Position numbers and translations under genes: made by a program | Shown here: positions 23,301 to 36,542 of the stretch, in pieces | Numbering within the stretch: the stretch's first letter is position 1 | How the letters are laid out: every line of letters starts with the position of its first letter | Notes under the pieces: generated by a model | What the model was told of the DNA's origin: nothing | Database searches by the model: none | Seen by the model: only the letters and a program-made list of their open reading frames with translations | NCBI GenBank assembly: GCA_043228905.1 | Contig: JBHGNT010000014.1 | Coordinates: 19,902,001 to 19,966,000 of the forward strand | Direction of reading: 5' to 3' | Length of the DNA stretch: 64,000 nucleotides | Source of the DNA: Azolla caroliniana | Lineage: Eukaryota; Plantae; Polypodiophyta

Positions 23301-26300
23301 TTGGTTTTACATTAGAATACCAACTACCTTCTTGGTTGCATGGGGTAGAGAATTGAGTGTTTTTATGAGTTGAAGTATGATGTGGACTTTGTTATTTGAG
23401 AGTGGTGCCCTTGATCCTGTGATTAGCCAACTTAAGGAAGGGGAACCATGGGACTCAGTAGTAACAATTAAACTTTATGCCCCCAAATATTGTAGTTAGT
23501 GTGAAGTAATTGTCTTATTTAGTGTGACAAACGAAGAGATTAGCATTAATACCAAAGACCATTTGTGAGACTGAGAGAAAGGAGAACACAACAAAGTAGT
23601 TATAAAGCTTGAAGTCTAATGGACGTCCAAATGTGAAAGGGGACAACCTTTTTGTAATCAAGCTATAAAAGTCATTTTCAGAGCCTTTTAACCTATTCTC
23701 CTCAAACTTCTATTATTAAGCATCCACCATACATTGCACGACCCATGGAGGCATCAACATGAGCATGGGTACCAGACTTAGTAATATACAGGGAAAAGGG
23801 GGATATATCATAATTTCTAGAGCTTCAGACCATATGACCACCCTAATGTCAAAGGGAACAATCCCTTCATAGAAAAACTATAAATGTGAAATTTGGCCCA
23901 GACAAACACAACCTTTATCTCCATGAACTACCCATTGGATTCGTCGATTATATGAATTGAATATGGTGACGAGGCCAGGTCAACAAATTGTGGGGATAGG
24001 TCCTTAATAGAATCCAAGTTTGTATATACTTATGTATGTATTTACTTGTATGCAAGAGTGTGTGTATTCGTGAGTAGTTTATTTATGAACTAGCATGTAA
24101 GTGAACCGTGTATTTCTTTATATATGTGCATGTACGTGTGAATGAATATGCTTATACTAATCCATAGAAGTATGTGCATGTGTACGTATGTGTGGTTTAT
24201 TTATGTGATTAATGTATGTGTATGTGTTGTACTTATACATTTGAATACGTGTATACGTAAGATTACAAGTTTATGAATGTCGAGTATGTATGTGTATATG
24301 TATGTAAGCTAAATATATGCATGTGTATTCAAATGTATGAATTAGATGAGTATGCGTGTGCATGTATATGTGCAAACACATATGCACATACGTAGGTAAG
24401 TAAATATGTGCGTGTGCGTGCGTGTGTTTATGTGTAAGTATGTGTGTATTTATGTAAATATGATTATGTCAACGTGTAGGTAGCATATAAATTTCAATGT
24501 TTACGTGTAAGTGATTGGTATGTTGGTATGTGAGGGGTATTTAGGGAAACAAAAGTTTAATAGTAACGTGGCCAATGCCACGTGGCTTTAGCTCAGGCAT
24601 CGAATGTTGATCGCCAACCAAACTTGCACCAACAAATGTTGTATTTCTTTGGGAGCTCCTCCTCCTTTGCAACAAATGAGTTCATCCTTTTCCTCTCTTT
24701 CTTCTTAATTTCCCCTCCTTTCTTTTAAATTACATTTATGTCCCCTCTTGCCACACTTCATCCCAAGTACAAAGGAGTTAGTATGCTTCCTCAACCTTCA
24801 TCTCAAATGGGCACATTTCAATGGTTGGGCACTGTATTCCCATAAATATCGGTTCAAATCTCATTGCTCGTAATTTTCCACTTTAATAGAAAAGTATGCT
24901 TGGTAGGGTGCATGAATATTTCTTAATTCTAACTGAGATTCTACCCTAGCAAAATAACAATTTACGTGTCAGGTTTTGTATTTTCAATCTGAAAGTTCCA
25001 CAACAATCCTCGAACATATACAAATCTTTCAACAATTTAAAATCTACCAAATTGCATAATTCATCCAAAATAAAATCTTTAATACATCAAGATTAAAAAT
25101 AGTTGGCTTTGACTCACGATAGGACTCGCTTTTTAAAATATAAACCCCAAGCAATAAATAAAATGAAATATCAAATAAAAATTGTGTCAATGGGAGATCC
25201 TTGAGTTTCCATGTAGTAGCTACAATTGACAACCACATTGGCTCTTTATGTTGTCGTCCTCCTACACACTCTCGTGATTCGCTTCCTTGTGCCAAACTGA
25301 ACTTTGACGAAGGTTTTGCCTCAAATCCCAAAATGATCCTGAACAACAATGAGCTCGTGGTTTCCCTCTTCCATTGGCCAAATAGGTTCTAAGGCTTGCA
25401 TCTATCATTCTAAGTGCTTGCTCTTACCAATTAAATGATGTTTTTTGGCTTACTTGATTCTTATCTACATTGAACTCTTCCTTGCTATTTCTTTGACATA
25501 ACTCTAACTTGTATTAAACTTGAGTTTGCGCACTTTTCTCTTGTAGCCTTAGCATGTCATGACAATGGAGAAGATACCTTAGAGAACGTTCATACATGAA
25601 AAATTTTCTATGCCTCTTTGGGTGCCAAAAAGTTGCATCTATGCACTATTTGCTACCTCGAGGGACCACATACAAACGCACCAATACTTACGCATAACAC
25701 ACACATAATGTTTAAGTCTCGTATCCTTTTTCAATTGAAGGACGTGGTTGTCTCATCCACTTGGAAAGTGTAACCTAATGGGTCATATAAAGTTAAAACG
25801 TCCATATGTACATTTGTGTAAATATTTAGGTGTCCCTTAAAACAAAAAGTTACAAATGATAACAAACAAATCTATGTGTAAAAAAATATATGTAGGCGAA
25901 CCACAATGTTATAATAGGTCAATCCTAAAGTTGCTTTGTCCACCCTTAGTTCTCCCTTATGATATATTGGTTCACAATAGTGTTAGTTTGGTTTTTGGGA
26001 GGGGTTAAGTATGCTTGTGTTTGAATTGTCTCCCTCGTTATATGTTTAGTGTTTTCTTGAGCTCTCATGGACCTCCATTAGAATTCAAGCTCCCTCCACT
26101 CACAATAGGGGAAAAACTCGGAGATTTTTACATGATAATTATTTATAGAATGAGTTTTACTGATTTATTCGATTAACATTCACTCTTAGTTAGAAATCAA
26201 TCATGTCCAAATAAACACAAATTAGAAGCACAATCCATTAAACTTTCCTGTCATGTGTTATCAGAAACCTTGGCTTAGACATGCATATAATCGTTATATT

Positions 26301-26601
26301 AAAGAAGCACCATGCTTCTTGAAATTGTAATACAGATATACGCATACATTTTGAAAATGCCAACTTCGCAAGCTCTTGTCATATATATACATAAATGTTC
26401 GAAGGATAAGAGACTAAAACACACACCCTTAACTTTGTATCCCCCGGGTTTTCAAAAACCACGAGAATACCCCTAGCAAAAGATGTGTGTATGGAGGGGT
26501 ATTACTGGTAAATACAGAAAACATGGGACCAATAACACCAAACAGATAAGCCGGAAAACAGAGACACAGAGAAACACAGAGACAAGAGAACAGAGACAGA
26601 G

Positions 26602-29600
26602 ATGGTCGTGTCGCAAAACCTAGCCTCTCTTCCCGCCTCATCTTTCTTCTCCTGCTACCCATCCATCAACAATGGCCTTGGCTTCTGCTTCCGAATCCAT
26701 CATCCTGAGCTGTCGCATCAAGGAAAGCTATGTTCCTTCAACACCGTGTTTGCGATGATGGTGATGAAAAGAAGGAGCAGGTTTGGCCTGAAGAAGAAGG
26801 CGGAGACGAGAAGAGCAGTGAGAATGAATGGCACCGCACACGAAGACAATGCTTCTTCCCCAGTATCAACTGCCGAGGCGGCTGTGGAGCTTGGTCTCTC
26901 ACTCTTCCGAAAAGGACGGGTATGTATGTATCTATGTACCCGACCTTGCTTTTCATACTCTGTTTTACTTCATTCTATGAGCACAATGGATTCACTTGCG
27001 CTTTCCTATTTGTTAGAAGCATGGTTTGGAGCCTCAATATGGAACATGCATAATCCTTTGTACGAATATACTTTGTGAGCTGCAAAGTTTTAACCTTTAT
27101 TTACAAGGTTTTTTTTTTCAATATTTGATACTTCTAAACAAATAAAGTTGTATACATCCTAATGGCTTATGGTGAAGGGAGTTGCATAAACTGACTGCAC
27201 CAAAGTTGTTAAAGTAACTTGATTGGATATAGGTTTTCCTGATCGAATTGTATAAGATCTGGTCTCTATGCATTGCACTCAGATCTCACAATGGGTGTTT
27301 ATTCATGCTTTATCTGCATGTTGAATTTGGCATGTTCCAAGATTTTGCCACATTAATTTATTGGTAGATATAACTGGTCATGAACATAAGTCTTTATGAT
27401 AGCGAAAGCACCCCCTACACCTCCCCAAGCTGCCCAAGTAAGACCAGTTCCTTTACAAGATAAATGCTAATGAGGCTATCGATAGACTTCAAAATAGGAG
27501 AGGCCAAGGGCAACCTGTATTGGTTTCTGAGCACTTCTCACATGTGTGAGATAGTTTTGACTGAGTACTTGCCCACCCATATAGCAGAGACAAGAGAGGG
27601 CTTGAAGCACAATTGAGTACCTGGTAGAATCTTCATGGCACGATAATTGATGATCTCCATGATACAGACTTGACCACCCCATTTTGGATCTCATCCACAA
27701 GGAATTGATCCGTGTGATCAAAATAGACATTGTAAAGCTGGATACAACATGAATTTAGATGCCAAGATTATAGAATACGACAAGAATAATTTCCTGCACA
27801 TATAGTGAGATGAGTTTGTCGCCCTCTATAGTTACATGTACCCACTTCTCACATTGCATTAGGTAGAATAGTTGGAGAGATCCACATCATGACACCAATT
27901 GCAGATTGAGGTAGGGAAATGTGAAGGGTTGGAATCAGATGATTCCCTCTACCAACTATTCTCTGTAGATTAGATTAGATTAGATATTTTTTAGCGTCCA
28001 TAGAGAGGCCAATATTGACCCATGGGGCCTAAGTCCACAAGTTTTCTTGATGTGTGTCTTTGTCACTAAGAAGTGATATTCATACTTAGAGGCACAATGT
28101 CTCGATGTGTGAATAAGGCATACACATATGAGCTCAACCTTCTAGATGTTCTCTCTAGTGTAACACTCAAGTCATCACCCTCTCGTAATATGTCATCATA
28201 GCTTTCGCGAATTGCATTATATGTGGAGCATGTAAAACACAAGTGATACTAATCCTCCACCAACCTGTCTTCACATGCCTTAGATGCCTTTACATTTGAT
28301 GGATTTAACACAACTTCAATATCTAACTTATGTGATCGACTACGAAGGAGCATCAGGGCTCTATGAGAGTTAATATTCATGTGGGTAATGAGATAAGGTT
28401 GAATATGATCAATAGGCCTTCTTTCCTTATATTGAACCCAACGTTCAAGGTTGATATTTGGAATGTAATATTCTAAATTTGTCCATTTAACATCTTCCCA
28501 CTTCCTCCTTAGTGGTTCCATTAACCTTTCCTCAATAACTACATATTTTATAGCATCACTTGAAAGCTCTAAGTGATGTGCCATACTCCATCGTTTAAAC
28601 CATTTTTTGATGTTAACTACCCAACTAGATGAGAGAATTTTGTTCTTGTGATTCTTTTGTAGTTTGCGTTGAATTTTCCAAACAAGATGTGGTAACATAT
28701 GAGTTGGCATATTCTTGACTTTTATAATGTATCTATATACTCTTTATAGTGCCAATATCTCGATAAGTCAAGCACCTATTTCCAAGAGCATAAGGTGGTA
28801 GGAGGTGGTGAATTTAACTCCTAGTTGTCTCCTTAAAAACATCTTTTAGATTTTCTTAATCTCATTCCATGCATTAAGAGAGATAGTGCCTCCCCACACT
28901 ACGCCATAAAACAAGACTTACGTTACCGTGGCATCATATCATTAGTTTCACTTCCCATCTTTGAGTATAACTCTAGTTGCATTGGTTTTTTCTAACATAT
29001 AATAACTTTTCTAACTGACTTGAAGCCTAGGCTCAAAGCATACACTCCATTTATTTGTGGTGGGTACACCGAGACCAAGATACTTAAAGCTTTGCACAAA
29101 TTCTGTATATTCTCCCTTATATGTAAACACATGGTATCATTGAGGCTGGATGGTTCACACTTCCATCAATTTTGTTGTATCCACATTTATAGTTAATTCA
29201 CTACTTTGGCAAAATGGTTCTAATGGTTTGAGTAAATGTTGCATGCCATCAAAATCATATGAAAAGAGAACTAGATCATCCACAATTAAAAGCAATAAGA
29301 TAAATTGTTGTAGAAGTTTTAGAGCATCTAATCCTTCTCTTGCAACCCTATTGACCACTTCTTCCAATTTATCAATGCATAAATCATAGAGTGTAGGTGA
29401 TGGTGGACATCCTTGCTTAACCCCATGTTACTCTAAAAGTATGACGAGAATTCATTCTCAGTTTTTAGTTGGCATCTAACTTGCTCATATAATCCTGCAA
29501 CTCGATACTCTTTTCACCATTCTATTTGAAAGCTAAATTTGTGAACTGTATCAAAAAACATTTTTAAAATTAGCAAAACAACAATAGAGTGTTTTCCCTT

Positions 29601-32600
29601 GTAGCGGACTTTCTTCCATATTTACTCTTTAAGTAACCAAATGATTCACATTGATGTGTTTTGATCTAAACCTTGCTTGCACAAGTGCTTGTTTGTTTCC
29701 ACTTTCAGTCCATGTACGTCCTTTTGCTATTTAGATATAGTTGAGCTCGACATGATTCTGAGACACTGATTTATATGTCTTTCTTTGAAACAAGAGCCAA
29801 TCATTCGGTAAACCTTGTTTTATAGCTTGATCTATAATAGTCATCATCCAATGGCGGGTATGTGGCATTGTTTATTTTAGGAGCTCACGTATAAGGAGGT
29901 TACATCTACTGCTTTGCCATTAGCCATCTTTTTTGTTCCTTTATTGACATCGTCATTATCAATGGATGTATTATAAGGTGTTTCAATGTTCTTAACCATA
30001 GGAGCCACTTCCTTATGCATATATAGCCTTTGTACATATTCTAGCATCTCTTCATTTGTAATTCACCTTCGATATCTTTCTTCTTACCATTGCATTGTCT
30101 CCATGCCAATCTTGGTTGGATTTCAAACACCATTTTTTTCTAGCATTTGGAAGTATCATCTACTCCTTCTCCTCACCACCTTTTTATATTGGTGCCATGC
30201 TATGGCTCTTTCACTTACCCTTTTTGCAGACGTATATAGTTTGAGATACATCTTGCGTTCCTCATCAAACCAAGAATTACATGGCAAACTAGATCTTTTA
30301 TGTCCACCAACATGCATTTGAAAGTATTGATATCCTACCTCAAGGATAACATCTTTCAATATTTCCAATTTTCTTTCACATCATTACCTAAAGAGAGCTT
30401 TGACAAATGATTTTCGACTTCTTTTGCATATATCCCAGGTTTTTTGTAACAAGGTCGAATTATCTATCTTATTTCCCCTCACTCTATTACATTTGTTGGA
30501 TAAACTTTTGAAAAGCAATGGAATACACATGTTGTGGGACATGAGACAAGTTAACCCAGTCAGACAAAGAACCATCACTAACTCCTCATAGTCACAAGTG
30601 TTAGAAATATTGAGAATTGTCTAGAAATATTTTACACACCGACAGAGATGTATTTGTTTCAATACAAACTTCCTATTACATATTAGAGTAGCTCACAATG
30701 TTAGTCCTCCCGTACATTCACACCTTAGAGCTTAGATTAGAATCTGGACTCCATGACTATAGAGCTAGTTGACACAGATAATAGTCACAACAGCTGTGTA
30801 AGAGAAAGAGGGTGTACATATATATTCTGTGTCTGGTATTATTATCACATTAAATGTGCAAATCAGTTCATAATAGTGGGGATATTCCTTTTTTGTCAAC
30901 TAACTTGTCATTCTTAACCTGCCAATAGAGAATATTCTTCTAGTCGACGTGACTAGTCAATCCCATTACCCTACTTACCTTTTTATTAAATATGTTCTTT
31001 CCTACTCATCTAAGATTTCCCACATTGACACCTCATCAACCCATGTGGTTAGGTTCCACAATGGCTACTCCTCATTTGGGGTGCTATCACAAAATGTGCA
31101 CTTTAAGAATATATGTGGGGATAAATTGACCACTTGGGGGGGTGATAATTGACTGTATCTAAAAAGTACACCCATATTCATCCCATGGAATTCAAGACAC
31201 AATACATTGTTCCCTAGGGGATTCACAAACAGTAACATCTGTAGGAACCTCGTTGAACTAAATATTATTTCAATGATGATAAGATGCAAGATGTTTGTTG
31301 TTCACGACAATGAAGGTTGATTGGTGAAAATGTTGATATGCTTTTCACTCCAGGATGGTTGTTATTGTATTTGTGTGCACCATATGACCACCGTGATATT
31401 TTAAATAGATAAGCACATATCATCATACATGTTGAGGCCATCTTGCAGTCACTTAAGATATGACATTCCAAAGTTTTTTGCTTCTTGTTGGTTTTTTATG
31501 ACATTAATTTCCTTCAAGACCTCACATCATATGTTCTGTTGCGTGAAACAGGTCAGGGATGCACTTTCTCAGTTTGATTTAGCTCTGACAATGGATCCAA
31601 ATCCAGAAGAAACTCAGGCAGCTCTCTACAACAAAGCTTGCTGCCATGCACGGCGGTTAGTTTTCTTGTCTTTTGCCAATTTTGAGATCAAGATGTTCCA
31701 TTGATGGAATTATATGTGGAATGATATAACTATGCTATTTTGTAATAGTGATGAAGACCAGATGGCTTCTGAATCGCTGCGGAGAGCTCTTCGAGAATAT
31801 GGTCTTAAATTTAGTGTAATTTTGAATGATCCCGATTTAGCTAATTTCAGGGGGACAATTGAGTTCAAGAAATTGCAAGAGGAGGTGTGCCTTTGTGATG
31901 TTCTTCAGAATTTCTGTTGTAGTTTGTTAAGGGTAATTCATGACCACAACGTAATGTAGGAATATTTTACTCTTTCTGTCAGGCTAGAAAGGGTGGACAA
32001 GAAGTTGGCCCAGGATTTAGAAGGGATTTAAAACTCATTGGAGAAGTTCAAGCTCCATTTCGGGGTGTCCGAAAATTATTGTATGTTGTTTTCTCTGCTG
32101 CAGCTGGGATATCAACAATTATAAATGGACCTAGATTATTTCGTGCGATTCAAGGTGGAGATAATGCACCCGATCTTCTGGAAACAGTTCAAAACTTGGG
32201 GATAAACCTTGCTGGTAATGATTTGTGACTTATATGAGCTCTTGAATTTATTCACCTAAGCACTCATTCCTGTGAACCAATCCTTGGCAGAGGACATAAT
32301 CTTGTATCTCTTGTATGATTAAAAGATTGAGATGGTTTCACAAAATATCAAAATTAACAAGCTCATCTCTGGATTGTACCGAAAGCAAGGGCATGCAGAT
32401 GTTGGGCTGCTTATCAAAGTTTTTAATTACATTGTATTGCTGTTTTATTGCATACTTGAAAGAAAGAAATATATAAGATAACACATCTTTTCGTGAAAAA
32501 CAATAAAAAGAGAAATATTAACATCTCTAAAAGGCCAGCATGGCGCATGAAATCTAATTTAATCTGTTATACTGCTATTCTTGTCTCTTAAAGTCGTGGA

Positions 32601-34855
32601 ACAAAAAGAGAAATATTTGCTAACAATATTGTAAAAGCTTTAACAAAATCAGCAGATGAAGAAGCATAACAAGTCAAGAGGAATGGGGCTTTAATGGAAT
32701 TGAAAATTGATATCCTTTGAAAATCTCCATTATGGGGTTGTCCAGTATGGAAATGTCATTGAATTGGGGAAGGTACCTTCGATGTGATCTAATAACTGGA
32801 GATACAGTGATCATGGCCATGGATGTGCGGCGCAAAACTATGGCTCTATCTACCATCACATCTATGAGCTGGGACTCCGACTGTGATGGGATGGTTGCGG
32901 GCATGAAATGCAGTTTTGCTATAAAGAAGTGTTTCAAACTTCATTGTCTGGGTGGGTCTTGTGATCATCATCTTTTATCTCAAGAGTCTGTGTACTACTC
33001 TGTGAAGGGGTGAAATTTTTTCATCGAAGATGCAATGGCAACTTTTTCATGGCAAAACTAGCAAATGTGCTCTTGAAGGCTATGTGGCTCATTTAAAGTG
33101 AAAAGAGATACCAAGAATGTGATTCGTAGATATGCACATTTACTAAACCTACATATTATTCAGCATGGCAACAATAGTAATGGTAAAAAATGTAGAGCTA
33201 ATGGGTTGTGAAGCATGAAGAGAATGTTTCCCTAGAATATTGTACATAAAGTATCCAATGTCCATGCCATGATTCCAAGCCGTCTTTCTCTCTCGACCAT
33301 AAACACATTCCTGAAGTTTACCTATGTCTGCTCTCTTCCTTTTTCAAATGAAGTATCGAAAACTAGATCTTGTGCTGATATTGTTTTCTTTGTTTCAATT
33401 TACACATATTTAATGTTGGTGTCTGAAGTAAAATTCTGTTCTAGAGTTTTGCAGGAATTATTGTTTTTGTGGCATTGTTCATATGGGAGAGCAGAAAAGA
33501 AGAGGAACAGCTTGCTAGAATATCCCGAGATGAAACTCTATCTCGCCTACCATTGCGACTCAGTAAGAACCGTGTGATAGAACTTGTTCAACTCAGAAAC
33601 ACATGCCGTCCTGTAAGATCACCATTTTTGAAACCTTTCTAAGTAAGCAATGTTAATGGTAGGTAATCAATGCTGATGTGCTCTTATGCTACCGTTGCAT
33701 TGCTATATAGTTGATCTTGGCTGGTAGCAAAGATATGGTGACGAGAGCCATCCAACGTTCAGAGAGGTTCCGCTCGGAGCTACTTGAAAGAGGGGTTCTT
33801 CTGATTCCTTTGATCTGGAATAACACAAAAGAAGAACTGAGCAAAAAGGGATTCGGAGGGTCGGCAACTGCTGTATCTGCAAATGCTCCAGCTGCAGTAT
33901 ATATTGATCCTTAACTTTTATGTCAGATGAATGTTTTCTTTGTGTTTGTCGTGTTACTGTCTCAGTAATGAACGTTTTGATTTTGTTTGTTTCCTGCTGC
34001 ATTCATGGAATGTCCTTATTACGATTTAATTTGTGTATGTCTCTGATATATGATGTTTATGACTAGCTTAAAATATTTTTCAGACATGTTTATAGGATGA
34101 TTTTGAGGCTCGAGCAAAGAGTATAGCATTAAAGACTGTAGAGCAAGCGGAAAGGAGCTTCAAAGCTGAAGTAATTTCTCCACTGGAATGGGAAAGGTGA
34201 TTGGCTAATTCTTGTCTCAGTTAGGAATTACCAATACCAAAAGCAATCATATTACTGCCCTTTGGAGTTAAGTCGTATACTCCAGAGTAGTTAGATAAAA
34301 ATGTAGCGATATACAGAATAAATGTGTCTTAATACGAATATTGCATGTATGTAACAGCTTGTGTGATAAGTAAGATTATTAATGCAGTGTGTTTTTATCT
34401 CTCTTTAGTCACTGGATTTGACGCACAATGCTCTTCTGGAGCTGGTAGAAAATATTGGGTTGTTGTAAAGGCTTGATTCTGAAATTTCTAAAACTAAATA
34501 ATTATGTTTTGACCATTTGTGTGGCTTCATCTTGCAGATGGGTGCAAGAGGAGCAAGAATCAAAGGGTGTTACTCTAGGGGCTGATGTCTACATTGTTCT
34601 GAGATTAGATGGACGTGTCAGGAAATCAGGAGTGGTATTTCTCTAAATCTGAAGCTTGTATGTATGTATGTATGTATGTATATATGTATGCACAAACATT
34701 TTTGTTGATACATAACTTTGTAGGTTTTGTCATAGCAGCTATAAGAGGTTTTATTCTCTTTGGATGAATGTGATATGCAGGGCATGCCAGACTGGGCTGA
34801 GCTTGTCAAAGAGCTTCCTCCTCTAAATGATCTAGTAAGCAAGCTTGAAAGATAG
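26602..34855 (+). CDS. LPA1: LOW PSII ACCUMULATION 1, chloroplast TPR/DUF3493 PSII assembly factor
   Basis: 9 exons: 26602-26919, 31552-31655, 31749-31884, 31983-32214, 33455-33612, 33711-33896, 34096-34196, 34538-34634, 34781-34855. Motifs: GLSLFRKGR|VRDAL; QAALYNKACCHA; LKFSVILNDPDL; FRRDLKLIGEVQAPFRGVR; RDETLSRLPLRL; YIVLRLDGRVRKSG; GMPDWAELVKELPP. The N terminus looks like a transit peptide. Confidence 0.95.
27966..31250 (-). mobile_element. Degenerate RTEX/RTE-like LINE in LPA1 intron 1 (antisense)
   Basis: RT remnants GVKQGCPPSPTL (~29395-29425) and LLLIVDDLVL..LTINVDTTKLM. C-terminal LRSRSHKLDIEV..C..VED motif. 3' tail (TCTAA)n at 27966-27985. The 5' boundary is approximate. Confidence 0.8.
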
Positions 34856-35825
34856 GCAATTCCTTTTTTTAAATGTGCGAGATGTATTCTCCAAGGCTCC
34901 TTATTGTAATCATCAGTTTCTAATGTGTTATGGTGATCTCGCCTTTCAATATGCTCCCTCCCTCCCTCTCTCTCTGAAAACACACAATGATATTAAGAAA
35001 TGTGTGAAGAACTTAGAACACTCCAATGGTAACACAATTGATTTGTGTCACTTTTAAAATAACAGGACAAGCTGAATCACCAATAGTTATAAGCTCCACT
35101 AATTTGTTTTGTTATAAACAATTGCTACACAAATGCTGTCTTCAACTTCTGTATATTTATTCTAACTCCATGCCAACCACCATCCCAATTATTATTCAAT
35201 CCCCAACATCTTAGAAAGCGGAAAAGGATCTCCATCTTTGATCTTGGGTCAAGCTTTTTAGATAACATGATGTCCTTTCTCTCTCTCTATAGCATCCTAT
35301 AATTTAACTAGACTATCATCTAGTTTCAAGGATTTTAAATATGCAATACAGTCTCTGAGGCCCCTTGTAATTGTCCAATACTTTAGCTAAACTATTAGTT
35401 TCAGAGATTGCGACTATGCCAATTGTAGTTTCTAAGGTCCCAATGTTCCTTATGTGCAAAGAATAGCCAATTGAGAAGCTCATGTGGAAAACTTTGTCCG
35501 AGCACAATTTGAAGAACTGCAAATTATAGTAATTGTCCATCTTGGAAAAATTGAGCTAGTTTGAGTGGTAATCGAGACAGTAAGGATTTGAAGCCCCATG
35601 GTTTTTCAATCCATTAAGAAATATCCCAATTATGCACGTTATAAATTATATAAGAAGCATCAAAGGTGCAATCTAATTTTCTAAAACGAATCAAAGCAAT
35701 CACAATTTTGCCGAGTAGGATATTTGGAAAAAGCGCCATTGATACAATTTAGTCGCAAATGTTTTTCATTGGAGAGCAACCTAAGAGAACAAATAGGTGC
35801 CTATTTAGGGTTGTGTGAGAAATAA

Positions 35826-36260
35826 AGTAGCTTGTAACCAAGTCCTTTAACCTTTGATTGTCTTGTCTCTTCGCACTTGAGAAAAGCACTTGTAGACATT
35901 GCCAGTAACTGTATGGTTTGATTTCATGATTCCCCTAAACCGAGAAAGGTAGCTCATAACCAAGTCCTTTTACCTTTGATTGTCACGTATCTTCACACTT
36001 GAAACCAGTAACTATATGGTTTGATTTCGTGATTCCCCTAAACCAAAAAAGGTAGCTCATAACCAAGTCCTTTTACCTTTGATTGTTGCGTATCTTCACA
36101 CTTGAGAAAAGCACTCACAGATATTGCCAGTAACTATATGGTTTGATTTCGAGATTCCCCTAAACCTTTGAGGTATATACAGACGTTTGATAGTAGACCA
36201 CACACACTCATAAACATTGGTGGTAACTGCATTGTTTGATTTCGCGATTCCCCTACACTT
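35826..36260. repeat. ~122-bp tandem repeat (3 copies plus a partial) between convergent LPA1 and BRF1
   Basis: AACCAAGTCCTTT at 35836, 35958 and 36061. GTTTGATTTC..GATTCCCCTA occurs four times. Confidence 0.9.
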
Positions 36261-36542
36261 TTAAAGTACATATACATAGACATTCAATAGCGAACAGGGA
36301 ATCATATTTGCTACAATATCCAAATGAAAGTAATAAACCAGTTACTATACAACTATATGTCATTCATTTACAATGAAGAGACCCTTTGGTCCTCCGTTTA
36401 TGGCAATGGAAGAATAGTTATTTGTGTTCTTAAATAGTACAAGTATGAAAACTTTATCCTCAATTATACTACATACTAATGCCGCATCATCTAATTGTGT
36501 AATAATGTCATTCACTGTCCCCTAAAGAGACTAGAGATACAG

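Noticed and set aside
24530-26000. Possible Mutator-like element (GCCACGTGGC-containing end)
   Set aside because: No matching second TIR or TSD could be found by eye.
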